Positions 8,443-18,453 are shown, numbered from the stretch's first letter. The stretch is DNA of 64,000 nucleotides from Candidatus Nanohaloarchaea archaeon (GCA_042217575.1 JBDGSK010000014.1:10930-74929); one strand, 5' to 3'. The notes: a model not told the origin generated them from the sequence alone. Translations and numbers: made by a program.

Positions 8443-10831
8443 CCTGTCCAAGCCTCGCAAGTCTTGAGAAGAAGCTGTAGAAAAGCCCCTCCTCCTCGTT
8501 GATTTTGCCGCCTACCCGGGCGTCTGTGTCGTCACAGTTGACGCCAGGGCCGCAGTCGTCTTCAAGAGCTATGCCCTCCTCCCCTCCTGTAGGGTTGTAC
8601 TCCGAGTGGTAAGGATTGGGGTTTTCGCCCCAGAAGTAGGCGATATCCTTTGCGTTTCCTGAATCGCCGCCGGTTATCAGATCGTATCCTTCATCGTTGA
8701 GGTAGTCGTTAAGCATCTCATTGTCAAGGTCGTACCATTCGCCTCCGTAGTCTTGCCCGTTTACATCGTTGCCAGTGTTGTCCCATGACTGGTATTCGCC
8801 GTCATCATCTGAAAGATCGTTTCTCATGTTGGTTCCTGTTCCATCAGGGTCGACGCAGACCTCGCGATCCGGGGACCGGTCACCTTTCTCGTAGCGATCC
8901 GCGTTCGGCGATTTGATGTTTATCACGGTTCCCTCTGCGTATGCTCTGCCCCTGTACAGGCATGCGTTCCCGTCAAGCCCTTCATTGAGGAAGCCCCTGT
9001 CCTCCTTCCAGTCAACGCATTTCTGGGCGTGCTGAAGCCGTGTCTTGACGTTCTGGTACTCTACTTCATAGCCTTCCATAACGAGAAGATGCTCCTGTGG
9101 TTCATCGCCACAGGCCTCTGAAAGCGGCGACACATCCTCGCTGCCGTCGCTTCCTCTTTCAAAGTCGCAGTCGACGACTTCTGAGTTATCGGCGTCTCCA
9201 TCGTTTTCCTCGATGTAGTTAACCATCTTGCACGCCGAGTAAGATCTGCCCAGCGAGAACGTTTCCACGTCCGCCTCTACTGCGTCGTCCATGTTGTTGC
9301 TGCTCCAGTCTGTATCGCCACCCCATGCCGGGCTTCCACGGCTTCCATCGCCCTCCTCCGTGTAGAAATCAGCGTAAGCGATACAGACATTCTTCTCCCC
9401 GGGACACGAGGCCGCGGCTTCAATCTTGTACGTGTAGTCCCTGTATTCACTGCTGTCGCCGTTGTTCAGCGTCTCCTCACGGAACCAGACACGTTCCCCG
9501 ACGCGCTGTGAACCGTCCGGACTCATCTTTCCGGTGACCTGTCCATTTTCAATTATCACGAATCCGTCTCCGTAACCTCGTGGGCCGTCAGCGTCAACTG
9601 TTCTCGTCTTGTGCGCCTGGCACCATACCTCGTTTCTCGTGTTATCCCCGAACGCCCTGTAGTCCGTCCAGGTTCCAGCAGGATCGTTGTCGGCCATCGA
9701 GTCAGTGCTCCTGCCCTCGGAGTCGCCTCCTCCATCGACAAGGTTCTCGTTGTCGCAGTTGTACTCATCGTCCGGCTCACCGTTCTTGTCCCAGGCCCGT
9801 GTCTCTGCGCTGCAGGTGTAACTAACGCTTGAACAGTAGTAACAGGTCGTCGTACATTTCTTCCCGCAGCTGCAGGTGTATGACCCCTCCTGCTGGTCGC
9901 TGCACGAAGTAGAGGTCGAACCGCCGCCCTCGCAGCTGTCCTGGTCGTAGTCCTCAGTGTTGCCGTCAGCGTTTACAAGCCAGTAGTAGTTGCTCTCATC
10001 GCTGCTGTAATCAGTTTCTCCGCAGCCGCCGATCTCGCAGCCAGCGTTTGAAGTGTATCCCTCGGTGGTGCAGTAAGGTTTGTCGTCCCTGCACTGCAGC
10101 GAGTCCTCCATGTAAGGGCTTTCAACGGCTTGTTCATCGTGAAGCCTTCCGTAGTCTTTTCTACAGTTTATGCTTGTCGAGCTATCATACGCGTCGATGC
10201 TGAAGCTTCCGAGAGTGTCCTCTCCCTCGTTGGTCTTTCCGTCGCCGCAGGTGACGCTTCCGTCAGGGTTAGGCGGGTCGACCACCCGGCCGGTCTTTTC
10301 CACCGTACCCGATGGAAAACCGCTCAGCGTCTTCTTCGCGAACTTGCCGAAGCCGAAACGATCCGTGGCCTCCGAGCCGCGATCCTTGATGTAGTACTCC
10401 GTCACTTCAGGCGTCGAGGTAGAAGTATCGGCGACCGTTATGCTGTTGTCGTCGTTTCCCTGGTGTAGCGTCGCCTGGAAGAAGACTGACTCGGTATTCC
10501 CGACCGCTGGCGTGTTGCCGCCTGCTGTCAGGCTTGTCAGGTCGGCGTCCCAGATGTTTCCTTCAATCCAGTCGTAGCTGTAAGGCTTGACACAGCCTAA
10601 GTCTGTATCATCCAGTCCGTCTTTCGACTGGTCGGTATCGTTGTCACCGCTATCGGTGCACATCGGGGTGGAAACAGTCGAGGGACAGGAAATGTCAGGA
10701 TCCAGGGTACACGGCGCCGAATTTACGGTTCCGTCACAGCTGCCGATACATCCCGTGTCGGTGATTGAGAAAGCTGGAGCCGCTAGGAATGCTAATGTAA
10801 CGACTATGATTGCGGCTCCGTGCGCGCGCAT
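8432..10831 (-). CDS. large secreted Cys-rich, extremely acidic protein
   Basis: ATG 10831 gives MRAHGAAIIVVTLAFLAAPAFS. The protein is 799 aa with many Cys and D/E/G/T/S-rich stretches and no C-terminal TM segment. It overlaps the downstream gene start by 11 nt. Confidence 0.7.
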   Translation of the reverse strand: MRAHGAAIIVVTLAFLAAPAFSITDTGCIGSCDGTVNSAPCTLDPDISCPSTVSTPMCTDSGDNDTDQSKDGLDDTDLGCVKPYSYDWIEGNIWDADLTSLTAGGNTPAVGNTESVFFQATLHQGNDDNSITVADTSTSTPEVTEYYIKDRGSEATDRFGFGKFAKKTLSGFPSGTVEKTGRVVDPPNPDGSVTCGDGKTNEGEDTLGSFSIDAYDSSTSINCRKDYGRLHDEQAVESPYMEDSLQCRDDKPYCTTEGYTSNAGCEIGGCGETDYSSDESNYYWLVNADGNTEDYDQDSCEGGGSTSTSCSDQQEGSYTCSCGKKCTTTCYYCSSVSYTCSAETRAWDKNGEPDDEYNCDNENLVDGGGDSEGRSTDSMADNDPAGTWTDYRAFGDNTRNEVWCQAHKTRTVDADGPRGYGDGFVIIENGQVTGKMSPDGSQRVGERVWFREETLNNGDSSEYRDYTYKIEAAASCPGEKNVCIAYADFYTEEGDGSRGSPAWGGDTDWSSNNMDDAVEADVETFSLGRSYSACKMVNYIEENDGDADNSEVVDCDFERGSDGSEDVSPLSEACGDEPQEHLLVMEGYEVEYQNVKTRLQHAQKCVDWKEDRGFLNEGLDGNACLYRGRAYAEGTVINIKSPNADRYEKGDRSPDREVCVDPDGTGTNMRNDLSDDDGEYQSWDNTGNDVNGQDYGGEWYDLDNEMLNDYLNDEGYDLITGGDSGNAKDIAYFWGENPNPYHSEYNPTGGEEGIALEDDCGPGVNCDDTDARVGGKINEEEGLFYSFFSRLARLGQDGN

Positions 10832-10872
10832 GTAGACGTTTGGAACATGTCTCAATAAAAATCCCGCGGCCT

Positions 10873-13581
10873 TCAGTTCAGGATTTCATCTCGCCTGAAG
10901 AAGTCGGAGCTTACTTTTGACTTGATCTCGGTAATGTTCTTGAGCGCGTAGTAATCAGGCACTATGAGTTTCTTGACGATCTCTGGCCACTTGCCGCTTT
11001 CCACGTTGCTCTCAACGTTGTTTACTATCTCCTGGGCGGAGTTCTGCTCTGAGAACCAGTTGTATTTCTGGAACAGTTTCCCGCCCTCGTATACTGTTCC
11101 CTTGGTGTCAGTAAGGTTCCAGGCACAGGTGAACTCTCCGGGACTGTCGGTCGGCACACCTGTTACATTCACGTTGAAGCTGTCGCCAACCTTTGCCAGT
11201 GTTTGCTGGAGCGTGGGTTCGGCGATGTCATTGTATTTCGGGGCGCTCCCGAACCTGGCAGCGCTGTCTGAAGACGCTATATTGCTCGGCCGATCGCTCG
11301 GCTGTCCTCTCCAGCACGCTCCCTCTATGCTGTCAAGCTGGTTCCCGGTCGCCCATCTGAACTTGATGAAAGACGCCGGTATAAGCTTGAAGCCTACCGT
11401 ATCGGTCGGGTTTTCCTCGACATCCGGCATCACATAGTCGAAGTAGGTCTTGTAATTTTCAGGGCGGCAACGCCACACGTAGTTAGTCTCGCCGGAGCTA
11501 TCATTGTAGTAGCCCCAGCGATTGCTTTCAGGACACTTCCCGGCGTAGCCTCCCTTGAAAAGCTCGACTCCCAGCATAACGTTGTTTTCCGTGTAGACAG
11601 GGTTTACAGACCTGATGCGCGGATTCTCCGGTGCAAGAATGTTCCCGACCGTCCAGGCGTTTGAGAGCTGGTCGGTCTGCTCTGGATCCTTGTAAGGATC
11701 CGCGTAACTCTCGGGTATCCCTTTGTCGACGTAGGACTGGTAGCGGTGAGGGCTATCCGAGTCTATCTCCTCTTCGGCGCGGGCAAGTAGCTCATATGCG
11801 AACGGATAGTAACCGGCTTCTATCGCGAACGTCTTTCCGTAGGGGATGTAGGACTCGTTCAGCTTGATCTGTGCCACAGGCATCCTGTCATCATGCTTTG
11901 AAGGTATTCTACCGGCTATAGCGTCGCAGACCTGGTTGGCCTGGTACTGCATCTTTTTCTCCACCTCGCCAGCTGAAAGGCTTGACTTCTTGATATCAGA
12001 GGTAGATACCAGCGGATGCTGGACAATGTTGCCGCTGTTGTCGCAGACGAACTCGGTCTTGTTCTTCGCCATCGCAGGGATCTCCGCCTGGAAACTGCCG
12101 TAGGTTTTTCCCGTTAGTTGGTCGGTATACTTGCTTCCCGCACCGTAGAATGCAACTTTTCGGTCTTCCAATCCTCTGTTGTTCTTAACCGTCTTTTTTA
12201 CTAGACCCACTCTTGGCTCCTTCTTACTTGACCCGATCTTCTCTGAGTGATCTCCAAGGCCGGAGCAACCACCGTCTTCTGGAAGTCCTCCAGAACCATA
12301 TACAGGTTCTGTGCCCCTGAGATCTGCGGTCCCATCCCCATCATTGTCTACGCCGTCATTGCACACAGTTACTCTTTTCCAGTTACCTGTAGCGCTGTTA
12401 CAGACAAATCTGTCCTTGCTTTTGCCTGACGGAGAATAGACGGGATTCGAACCCTTGAGCCTGAATTCTCCACACATATGGAACTTTGGAGGGTTGTAAA
12501 CACTATTGACACTCTCCACGTTCTCATTATCGCCGTATCGCCATCCTACAACTATCTCGTAAAGATTAGTGTAGGCAACATCTCTCTTCGAGGAAAAGTC
12601 CTTATTTGCAGCCTTGAAATGGCCAAGAGGACACTTTGTGCCGCAATTCTCAGTATTGACCGCATCGTCCTTATAGGTGAACGTCGTCTTGACAACTCCG
12701 CAGGGAGTGTCCTCTGAAGAAACGCAGGTCGCTTTATCACCACTTACGCTGCTCCAGTTGACATACTTGTACAGTCCATCTGCATTCGGTTCGAACACAA
12801 CCCCCATCTTGGGCGTATAATACTTTGTGCTTCCTCCGCTAATCGACAGGTCAGTCTCTGTTACCTCGATCAGGCCCGCGTTTGTATCTACACTCTTTTG
12901 GAGGACAGTAGAATTGTCGCCGGTGTCTGACTCCAAGCGAATTATCTGGAGTTCAGGAGGAGGGTTTCCCAAGATAGCTGGCGGGTTCTTCTCCATCTGT
13001 ACCTTGAGGTTTTCAGCCGTTGCCTTCGGTCTAACTATAAGCCTCTTGGTGTTAGCATCATAGGAAAAAGCGAGAGATGCTCTGTCCCAATCCGTATCCG
13101 AATCTTCCGTAAAACGTGTGAAAAGCGGACCGTAGGAGTACTTTCCTGGCTTCAAGTTGAGGTAGTTGCCGGGTATATTTGGCGCTGTGGGATAGCTGTC
13201 CCCTGCAGGACCATACCTGTTATAGTAATAATCTTTGGAACCATCGCCTGTCCAGACAACGGAATCTGTGCCGCTACTCAGGGTCACGTTAAACTTTCCC
13301 GCAACCTGAATCTTACCTCCTTGACAGGTATACCTATCCTGGTCACAGAAGGCGCCCCAGTACCCGATCTCTTCGCCCGGCCAGCTTGGCTTGTAGTCGG
13401 AAGAAGGTTTACTGCCATAGGGGTGTATGTAAAACGAGAGATATGACAGATGATGACTGCCTGTGAGCACACCTGTACCATATATACTTGTTTCCACACC
13501 CCTGTCCGGCTGTTTGGCTGCGGCAGGAATTATCAGTGCAAGCAGAAGTAGAGTTGCCGCGGCGGTTTTGACAGCGTCCAT
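10873..13581 (-). CDS. large secreted Cys-rich protein with CNDGVDNDGDG calcium/metal-binding-like motif (paralog of 13654..16503)
   Basis: The signal peptide is MDAVKTAAATLLLLALIIPAAA and the protein is 902 aa. Collinear blocks shared with the 949-aa neighbour are PPKFHMCGE, VYSPSGKSKDRFVC, CNDGVDNDGDG (12331..12363), GGYAGKCPESNRWGYY and ACWRGQPSD. Confidence 0.75.
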   Translation of the reverse strand: MDAVKTAAATLLLLALIIPAAAKQPDRGVETSIYGTGVLTGSHHLSYLSFYIHPYGSKPSSDYKPSWPGEEIGYWGAFCDQDRYTCQGGKIQVAGKFNVTLSSGTDSVVWTGDGSKDYYYNRYGPAGDSYPTAPNIPGNYLNLKPGKYSYGPLFTRFTEDSDTDWDRASLAFSYDANTKRLIVRPKATAENLKVQMEKNPPAILGNPPPELQIIRLESDTGDNSTVLQKSVDTNAGLIEVTETDLSISGGSTKYYTPKMGVVFEPNADGLYKYVNWSSVSGDKATCVSSEDTPCGVVKTTFTYKDDAVNTENCGTKCPLGHFKAANKDFSSKRDVAYTNLYEIVVGWRYGDNENVESVNSVYNPPKFHMCGEFRLKGSNPVYSPSGKSKDRFVCNSATGNWKRVTVCNDGVDNDGDGTADLRGTEPVYGSGGLPEDGGCSGLGDHSEKIGSSKKEPRVGLVKKTVKNNRGLEDRKVAFYGAGSKYTDQLTGKTYGSFQAEIPAMAKNKTEFVCDNSGNIVQHPLVSTSDIKKSSLSAGEVEKKMQYQANQVCDAIAGRIPSKHDDRMPVAQIKLNESYIPYGKTFAIEAGYYPFAYELLARAEEEIDSDSPHRYQSYVDKGIPESYADPYKDPEQTDQLSNAWTVGNILAPENPRIRSVNPVYTENNVMLGVELFKGGYAGKCPESNRWGYYNDSSGETNYVWRCRPENYKTYFDYVMPDVEENPTDTVGFKLIPASFIKFRWATGNQLDSIEGACWRGQPSDRPSNIASSDSAARFGSAPKYNDIAEPTLQQTLAKVGDSFNVNVTGVPTDSPGEFTCAWNLTDTKGTVYEGGKLFQKYNWFSEQNSAQEIVNNVESNVESGKWPEIVKKLIVPDYYALKNITEIKSKVSSDFFRRDEILN

Positions 13582-13653
13582 AGCCCTATCTTTATTCCGC
13601 TTCTTTTAATTTCATGTCATGGCTTGCCGTACATGGCAGGTATCGGACCTGTG

Positions 13654-16503
13654 TCACTGCAGCAGGTTGGTTGAGTCCTGGAATATCTTGTTAAATGTCT
13701 TGCTTTCGGCTTTTTCCTCGGAAGGTACCAGGCTTTCTTTCTGGAAGAAGTTGCTTCCTACTGTCTCCCCGAGAGTACTCATGTTTGTGAATGTGTCGCA
13801 TGGGACGTCGAAGACCCGGTAGCAGCTCCTGTAGCTCAGGTCGTTTCTCTGGGCGATGTCTTTGACGGCTTTTGATATCCTGTCCATCGCGTCTTTCTTC
13901 CGCCACCAGTTGATCCAGAGAGACCGGTCCTGGGCGACTTTCCTGCCATCTTCTGTGGTCACGGTAAAGTTGCAGGTGTAGGTGCCGCTGGTGCTGGTGT
14001 CGACCCCGCTTACCGGAAGGGTTACAAACCATCCGACCGTGTTGCCGATCGGTTGGTCGACTTTCCTGCTTCCTGAAAGGGTTGCAGGTTTGTTCGAGGG
14101 GTTGCCCTTCCAGCACGCTGTTTTTATCTTGTCGATATTGGCGTTGTAGTTGTCCTGGAGGCTTTGAAGCGTGCTTCCGGGTATCTTGACACCCACGTTT
14201 TCCGTGCCTTTCTCAATATCGGGCAGGATGTAGATATAGTTAGGCTCTCCCGAGCACCGCCATTCGCCTTTGTAGTAGCCCCAGCTTTTTCCGGGAGGGC
14301 ATTTGCCTGCGAAGCCTCCGGTGAACCTGACAGGGTTTTCAGCCGGGAGTCCTGCGAAAGTCTGGATGCTGACGCCGTTGATGCGGTCGTTGAACACCGC
14401 CAGATAGTTTCCGACCGTCCACGAGTCTTGGAGGCTGTCCTTCTGTTTCGGAGCCTCGTAGGGTTGCGAGACGGTAGCGTTCATCCCTTTGTCCTTCAGA
14501 TCCGAGGCTGTCGGGTTCCCGGTGCCGAACACTTTCTGCTCGAACTCCTGGAGTGACTGGGTTGAAATCGGCTTAAAGCCGTTTGGCGTGGCGTATTCTT
14601 TTCCGAAGGGAAGCAGGGACTGGGGTATCTGTATCTGGGCTACCGCGAGTTCTTTGCCGTGGCCGGTTACCGTTGCCGAGTTCAGGCATTTCCGCTGTGC
14701 GTAGTAGGCCACTTTGTCTCGGATATTGTTCTTTGAAAGAGAGCTCTCCCGGATAGTGCTCGAAACCGATACGTGCGGATGTGAGGCGATCTCTCCTTTA
14801 TCGGTGTTGCACATGTAAGTGTAGGCGAGCTGGTCTTCCTTGCCCTGGTTGATCACCTGGCTGATGTCAAGCGTTGAACCGTCTACCTGGAACCTGTAGT
14901 CTTTCTGGATGTTCTTGTAGCGGCAGCCTGTTATCTGATCCCTGTACTTCCCTGTCTCTGACTGAGTGTAGAGCGCTACTTTCCGGTCATTTTCTCCTAT
15001 GTTCAGGGCCTGTGCCAGGCTTATCCTTGCGACCGTGGCTTCAGGGCAGGTGTTGGTTCCCTCATTCTTTACGGAGGTGCTTCCGCATTTGGGGTCAGAT
15101 GGCATGTTCCCGATTTCCTTCTGGTACCACGAGTTAGGGGCGTCGATCTTCCCGTTTCCGTCATTGTCAACGCCGTCGTTGCACTCGGTTACGGGTATCC
15201 AGCGGCCTTTTTGGGGGCTGCAGCGGAACTGATCCTTCTTGCCTGCGCTCGGCGAATACACGACTTTTCCTTCGAGAAGTGTCAGGCCATCGCCGCATAT
15301 ATGGAACTTCGGTTTGTTATCCTTCAGGTAGAGTCCCGGGCCTCCTGCCATAGGTGTTTCAGTGTACTTGTTGCAGTTGAGACCGGTTTCGTAGCCGCTG
15401 GGGCACATATCCTTCCCGTTTCTCGGGTACTCCCAGCCGTAGATAACATCAGAGGTTGGGGCGAACAGTTTTTCAGACTCCGTCGCAGTGTAACTGCCGG
15501 AGCAGTAGGTTTCCTGGGCGTGGGCCAGCGAGCATTTGGGTCCGCAGGCAACTCCCACGTAAGGCTCTGGGAGACACACGTTCAGCGCGGTTTCGAACGT
15601 TCTCATCGCTGTGTTGCATGGCTCGTCATCGTTCTTGGTGCAGTCAACTCCGTACTTGAAAGGATCCTGGAACACGCTGTTGAAGCTTTCCGTGTCAGAG
15701 TTTAATCGGGCGCCTTTCTCCACCTTCTTGGCTATGTAGTCAACACTGAGGCTTGAGGAAAGCGGGTTCCAGTCTCCCTGCAGGACTGAGAGGCTGAACA
15801 TGTCCAGTAGATTGTCGACAGGGTTCATGTCCTGAACGACGACGTCGCCAGTCGAAACTTCTGAGGGATCGGCGTCCGGCGGCACGTCCGGGCTCATCCT
15901 GAAAGCATAAAGTTGTGGAGGCTTGTCTATCATCGGGAGAGCGTTCTGGATCGGCTCTTTCTCAGTCAAGACCTGGATGTACTTTCCTTCAGGGTGTGGG
16001 TAAAGCGTTATAGTGCCTCCTTTATCCGCCAGTTTGTACTGGCTGCCGTCCCAGTAGTAGAACTCCATCGGCCCTATCTTTCCCGGAGGACAGCTTATCG
16101 ACTTGCTGTTGCTGCCCGGGCCGTTTATTATGGGTAGGCCGCTGGGATAGCTGTTGAGGCTGAGGCTTTTCGGTTCGTAGAGGTAGTCAACGCCGTTGAC
16201 CGGGGAAGGTTTCCGCACCACTTTGACTCTCTTGCCGCAGAGTTCTATCCTCTGCCCTACTGTGTCCCACGGATCGACAAAGCTGTCAGGGTTGTCAGGA
16301 CAGTTGCCGTTACAGGGAATCGAGAAGTCGAAGTAGGTTCTGTACATCCGGTCTACGTGGCCGCCGGGCAACCTGTAGGCTCCCTGAGAGGTGTCGAGGT
16401 ACAGGAAGTCATCCATGTCTATGTTCGGAGCGGACGGGGCCGCGGCCGCGCCGGTGAAAAGGAGTAGCAGAGATGCTATTACTACTTTGCCTCGACTACT
16501 CAT
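13654..16503 (-). CDS. large secreted Cys-rich protein with CNDGVDNDGNG motif (paralog of 10873..13581)
   Basis: The track ORF runs to 16653. ATG 16503 gives the signal peptide MSSRGKVVIASLLLLFTGAAAA and avoids overlap with 16547..17809. Shared blocks are KPKFHICGD, VYSPSAGKKDQFRC, CNDGVDNDGNG (15151..15183), GGFAGKCPPGKSWGYY and ACWKGNPSN. Confidence 0.75.
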   Translation of the reverse strand: MSSRGKVVIASLLLLFTGAAAAPSAPNIDMDDFLYLDTSQGAYRLPGGHVDRMYRTYFDFSIPCNGNCPDNPDSFVDPWDTVGQRIELCGKRVKVVRKPSPVNGVDYLYEPKSLSLNSYPSGLPIINGPGSNSKSISCPPGKIGPMEFYYWDGSQYKLADKGGTITLYPHPEGKYIQVLTEKEPIQNALPMIDKPPQLYAFRMSPDVPPDADPSEVSTGDVVVQDMNPVDNLLDMFSLSVLQGDWNPLSSSLSVDYIAKKVEKGARLNSDTESFNSVFQDPFKYGVDCTKNDDEPCNTAMRTFETALNVCLPEPYVGVACGPKCSLAHAQETYCSGSYTATESEKLFAPTSDVIYGWEYPRNGKDMCPSGYETGLNCNKYTETPMAGGPGLYLKDNKPKFHICGDGLTLLEGKVVYSPSAGKKDQFRCSPQKGRWIPVTECNDGVDNDGNGKIDAPNSWYQKEIGNMPSDPKCGSTSVKNEGTNTCPEATVARISLAQALNIGENDRKVALYTQSETGKYRDQITGCRYKNIQKDYRFQVDGSTLDISQVINQGKEDQLAYTYMCNTDKGEIASHPHVSVSSTIRESSLSKNNIRDKVAYYAQRKCLNSATVTGHGKELAVAQIQIPQSLLPFGKEYATPNGFKPISTQSLQEFEQKVFGTGNPTASDLKDKGMNATVSQPYEAPKQKDSLQDSWTVGNYLAVFNDRINGVSIQTFAGLPAENPVRFTGGFAGKCPPGKSWGYYKGEWRCSGEPNYIYILPDIEKGTENVGVKIPGSTLQSLQDNYNANIDKIKTACWKGNPSNKPATLSGSRKVDQPIGNTVGWFVTLPVSGVDTSTSGTYTCNFTVTTEDGRKVAQDRSLWINWWRKKDAMDRISKAVKDIAQRNDLSYRSCYRVFDVPCDTFTNMSTLGETVGSNFFQKESLVPSEEKAESKTFNKIFQDSTNLLQ

Positions 16504-16546
16504 GTACTTAAGTACAGGTTCGCTTGTTTTTAAACCATAGAGATGC

Positions 16547-17809
16547 TCATCGAGGGATCTTCCAGAGCAGCGAGTTCTTGACCGATTCAAGTTCCGAGCT
16601 GTCTCCTCCTGGCATCGCCCCGAGAAGCCCCATGTAGGAGACTTCTTCCTCATCCTGTTCTTCGTACTCTTTCCAGTACTTTCTCAGCTTTGAGTGGACT
16701 CCCGATACCTCTTCGCGAGTGTTGCCTATACCGCAGGTGTTCCCGACGCCGACTACTGCTACTTCGCCGTCGAACTGCTCCACCAGTTCCTTGACCTTTG
16801 AGACCGCAGGTTTGTAGGCGTTGTAAATCTCCTTCTTCATCGGCTTTGAGGCTTCAGGCGCTGACTGTTTCACTATGACGCCTTCGAGCGGCAGGTCGTG
16901 TTCTGTGGCCGCTTCCTCTATCTTGGATTTTTCCACGCCCGGCCCTCCCATCATTACGCCTACGCCTTCAGAGATTGCTCCGGTATCCTCGCCTTCAAAC
17001 TTCGCTCCGGCATCGACAGTGATGACTGCTTCAAGGTCGTTCTCGTCGGCTAACTCGTCTATAGCGTTGCCGTACTTGCCGAGTCGGGCGCCGGGGCCTT
17101 CGCTCTTGAGAACGTGTACGGTATTGCCTTCTATCTCTTCCTCCGAGTGGAGGATATCCTCCGCCGCCTCCTCGGGTTCATTCTCTATCAGCTTTGCAGC
17201 CACTAGAGGCCCTATAGCATCGCCTATCGGTGCGTTGTCAAGGAATGCTCTTGTGGCCTCTTTCTGTGATTCCGCGATCTCCAGGTATATCGGCACCATC
17301 ATCTGGACAAGACCGACAAGCTGGAAGTTCCTGGTCTTCTTGATCAGCTGTCGGAAGTGGCGCATCACCTTGTAGATCTGGTGCGTACCCATCACTCCCT
17401 TGAAGGCCATGGATAGATCGGCCAGTTCTTCCTCATCTTCAGTGTCCGCGTTTTTCTCGACGAACCTTCTGAACTTGTGTTCCGAGGTGTCAAGTACGTG
17501 TTCCAGTTTGCCTACGAGACCGGAGGGATCGATACCGGTCGGTGCGGAGAACTTGAAGTCTCTTATGGTCTCGAACTTTTCTCTCAGGCCTCTGTCAACC
17601 GAGGAAGTGAGGTTGTCAAGGAACATCTTTTCAGAGGCGGCCCGGTACTCCTCAAGGTCGGCGAGCGCGCCCTTCATCTTCCTGTCGGTCTGCCATATCA
17701 TTATCCTCGGGAAGAAGAATATCAGCCCGAAGAAAAGCAGGGAGATGACTGTTTGGATTATCATGAAGATATTGCTTTCTCCGCCCATCGGTAAAAGTGG
17801 AAGTACCAT
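16547..17809 (-). CDS. DUF1512-family archaeal membrane-associated protein
   Basis: An N-terminal TM segment (IFMIIQTVISLLFFGLIFFFP) is followed by a soluble domain. The layout and N-terminal sequence resemble haloarchaeal DUF1512 proteins from memory. The start is either ATG 17809 or GTG 17830. Confidence 0.5.
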   Translation of the reverse strand: MVLPLLPMGGESNIFMIIQTVISLLFFGLIFFFPRIMIWQTDRKMKGALADLEEYRAASEKMFLDNLTSSVDRGLREKFETIRDFKFSAPTGIDPSGLVGKLEHVLDTSEHKFRRFVEKNADTEDEEELADLSMAFKGVMGTHQIYKVMRHFRQLIKKTRNFQLVGLVQMMVPIYLEIAESQKEATRAFLDNAPIGDAIGPLVAAKLIENEPEEAAEDILHSEEEIEGNTVHVLKSEGPGARLGKYGNAIDELADENDLEAVITVDAGAKFEGEDTGAISEGVGVMMGGPGVEKSKIEEAATEHDLPLEGVIVKQSAPEASKPMKKEIYNAYKPAVSKVKELVEQFDGEVAVVGVGNTCGIGNTREEVSGVHSKLRKYWKEYEEQDEEEVSYMGLLGAMPGGDSSELESVKNSLLWKIPR

Positions 17810-17862
17810 GTACTCGAAAGCGGTCTTCACTTTTTTAACGTGTAGCGTCGAGGCTTTTCCTG

Positions 17863-18417
17863 TTACTTCAGTTCTCCAAGAATCCGGTTTATCTCAGACT
17901 GTGACGGGTTAGAGGCGATTATGGCTTCGGCGGCTTTCTCTCCTGTAAGCTGCTCCAGCTTCTTCTTGGCGCCCCTGGAGATTCCCTCTCCCTGGCTTCT
18001 GCGGCTCATCGAGTGGAATATTATGGCTGCGGCGTGGCTCAGGTTCAGGGATGGATAGCTGCCTGTCTCTATATGGACAATGGCGTCGCACATTTCAAGT
18101 TCGGAGTTGGAAAGCCCTGAGCTTTCCCGGCCAAGCATTACAGAAGTCTGTTTCCGCGGCTTAAACCTTTCCAGCTGCTGTCCTCGTCCCGGCTTGGTTC
18201 CCACCACATAGTCAAGATCCTGGATCGCTTCTTTAGTTTCTTCAAATATCTCCGCCTCTCGCAGCTTCTGCTGGGCGTTCTTGGCTGTTTCTCTGGCCTC
18301 GGCCAGATTGAATCCAGGGTTGACTATTCTGAGATGGAAGTCGAAGTTGTGGGCCAGTCTTGCTATGAAACCTGTGTTTTCCGGTATCTCTGGCTCAACA
18401 AGGACTGCCTTCTTCAT
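17863..18417 (-). CDS. SpoU/TrmH-class RNA 2'-O-methyltransferase (TrmJ-like)
   Basis: SPOUT motifs are present: VEPEIPENTGFIARLAHNF, VMLGRESSGLSNSELEMCD, SLNLSHAAAIIFH. Confidence 0.7.
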   Translation of the reverse strand: MKKAVLVEPEIPENTGFIARLAHNFDFHLRIVNPGFNLAEARETAKNAQQKLREAEIFEETKEAIQDLDYVVGTKPGRGQQLERFKPRKQTSVMLGRESSGLSNSELEMCDAIVHIETGSYPSLNLSHAAAIIFHSMSRRSQGEGISRGAKKKLEQLTGEKAAEAIIASNPSQSEINRILGELK

Positions 18418-18453
18418 GTGGTTTTATATCCGGCTCAAGTTATAGAAGTCTTT

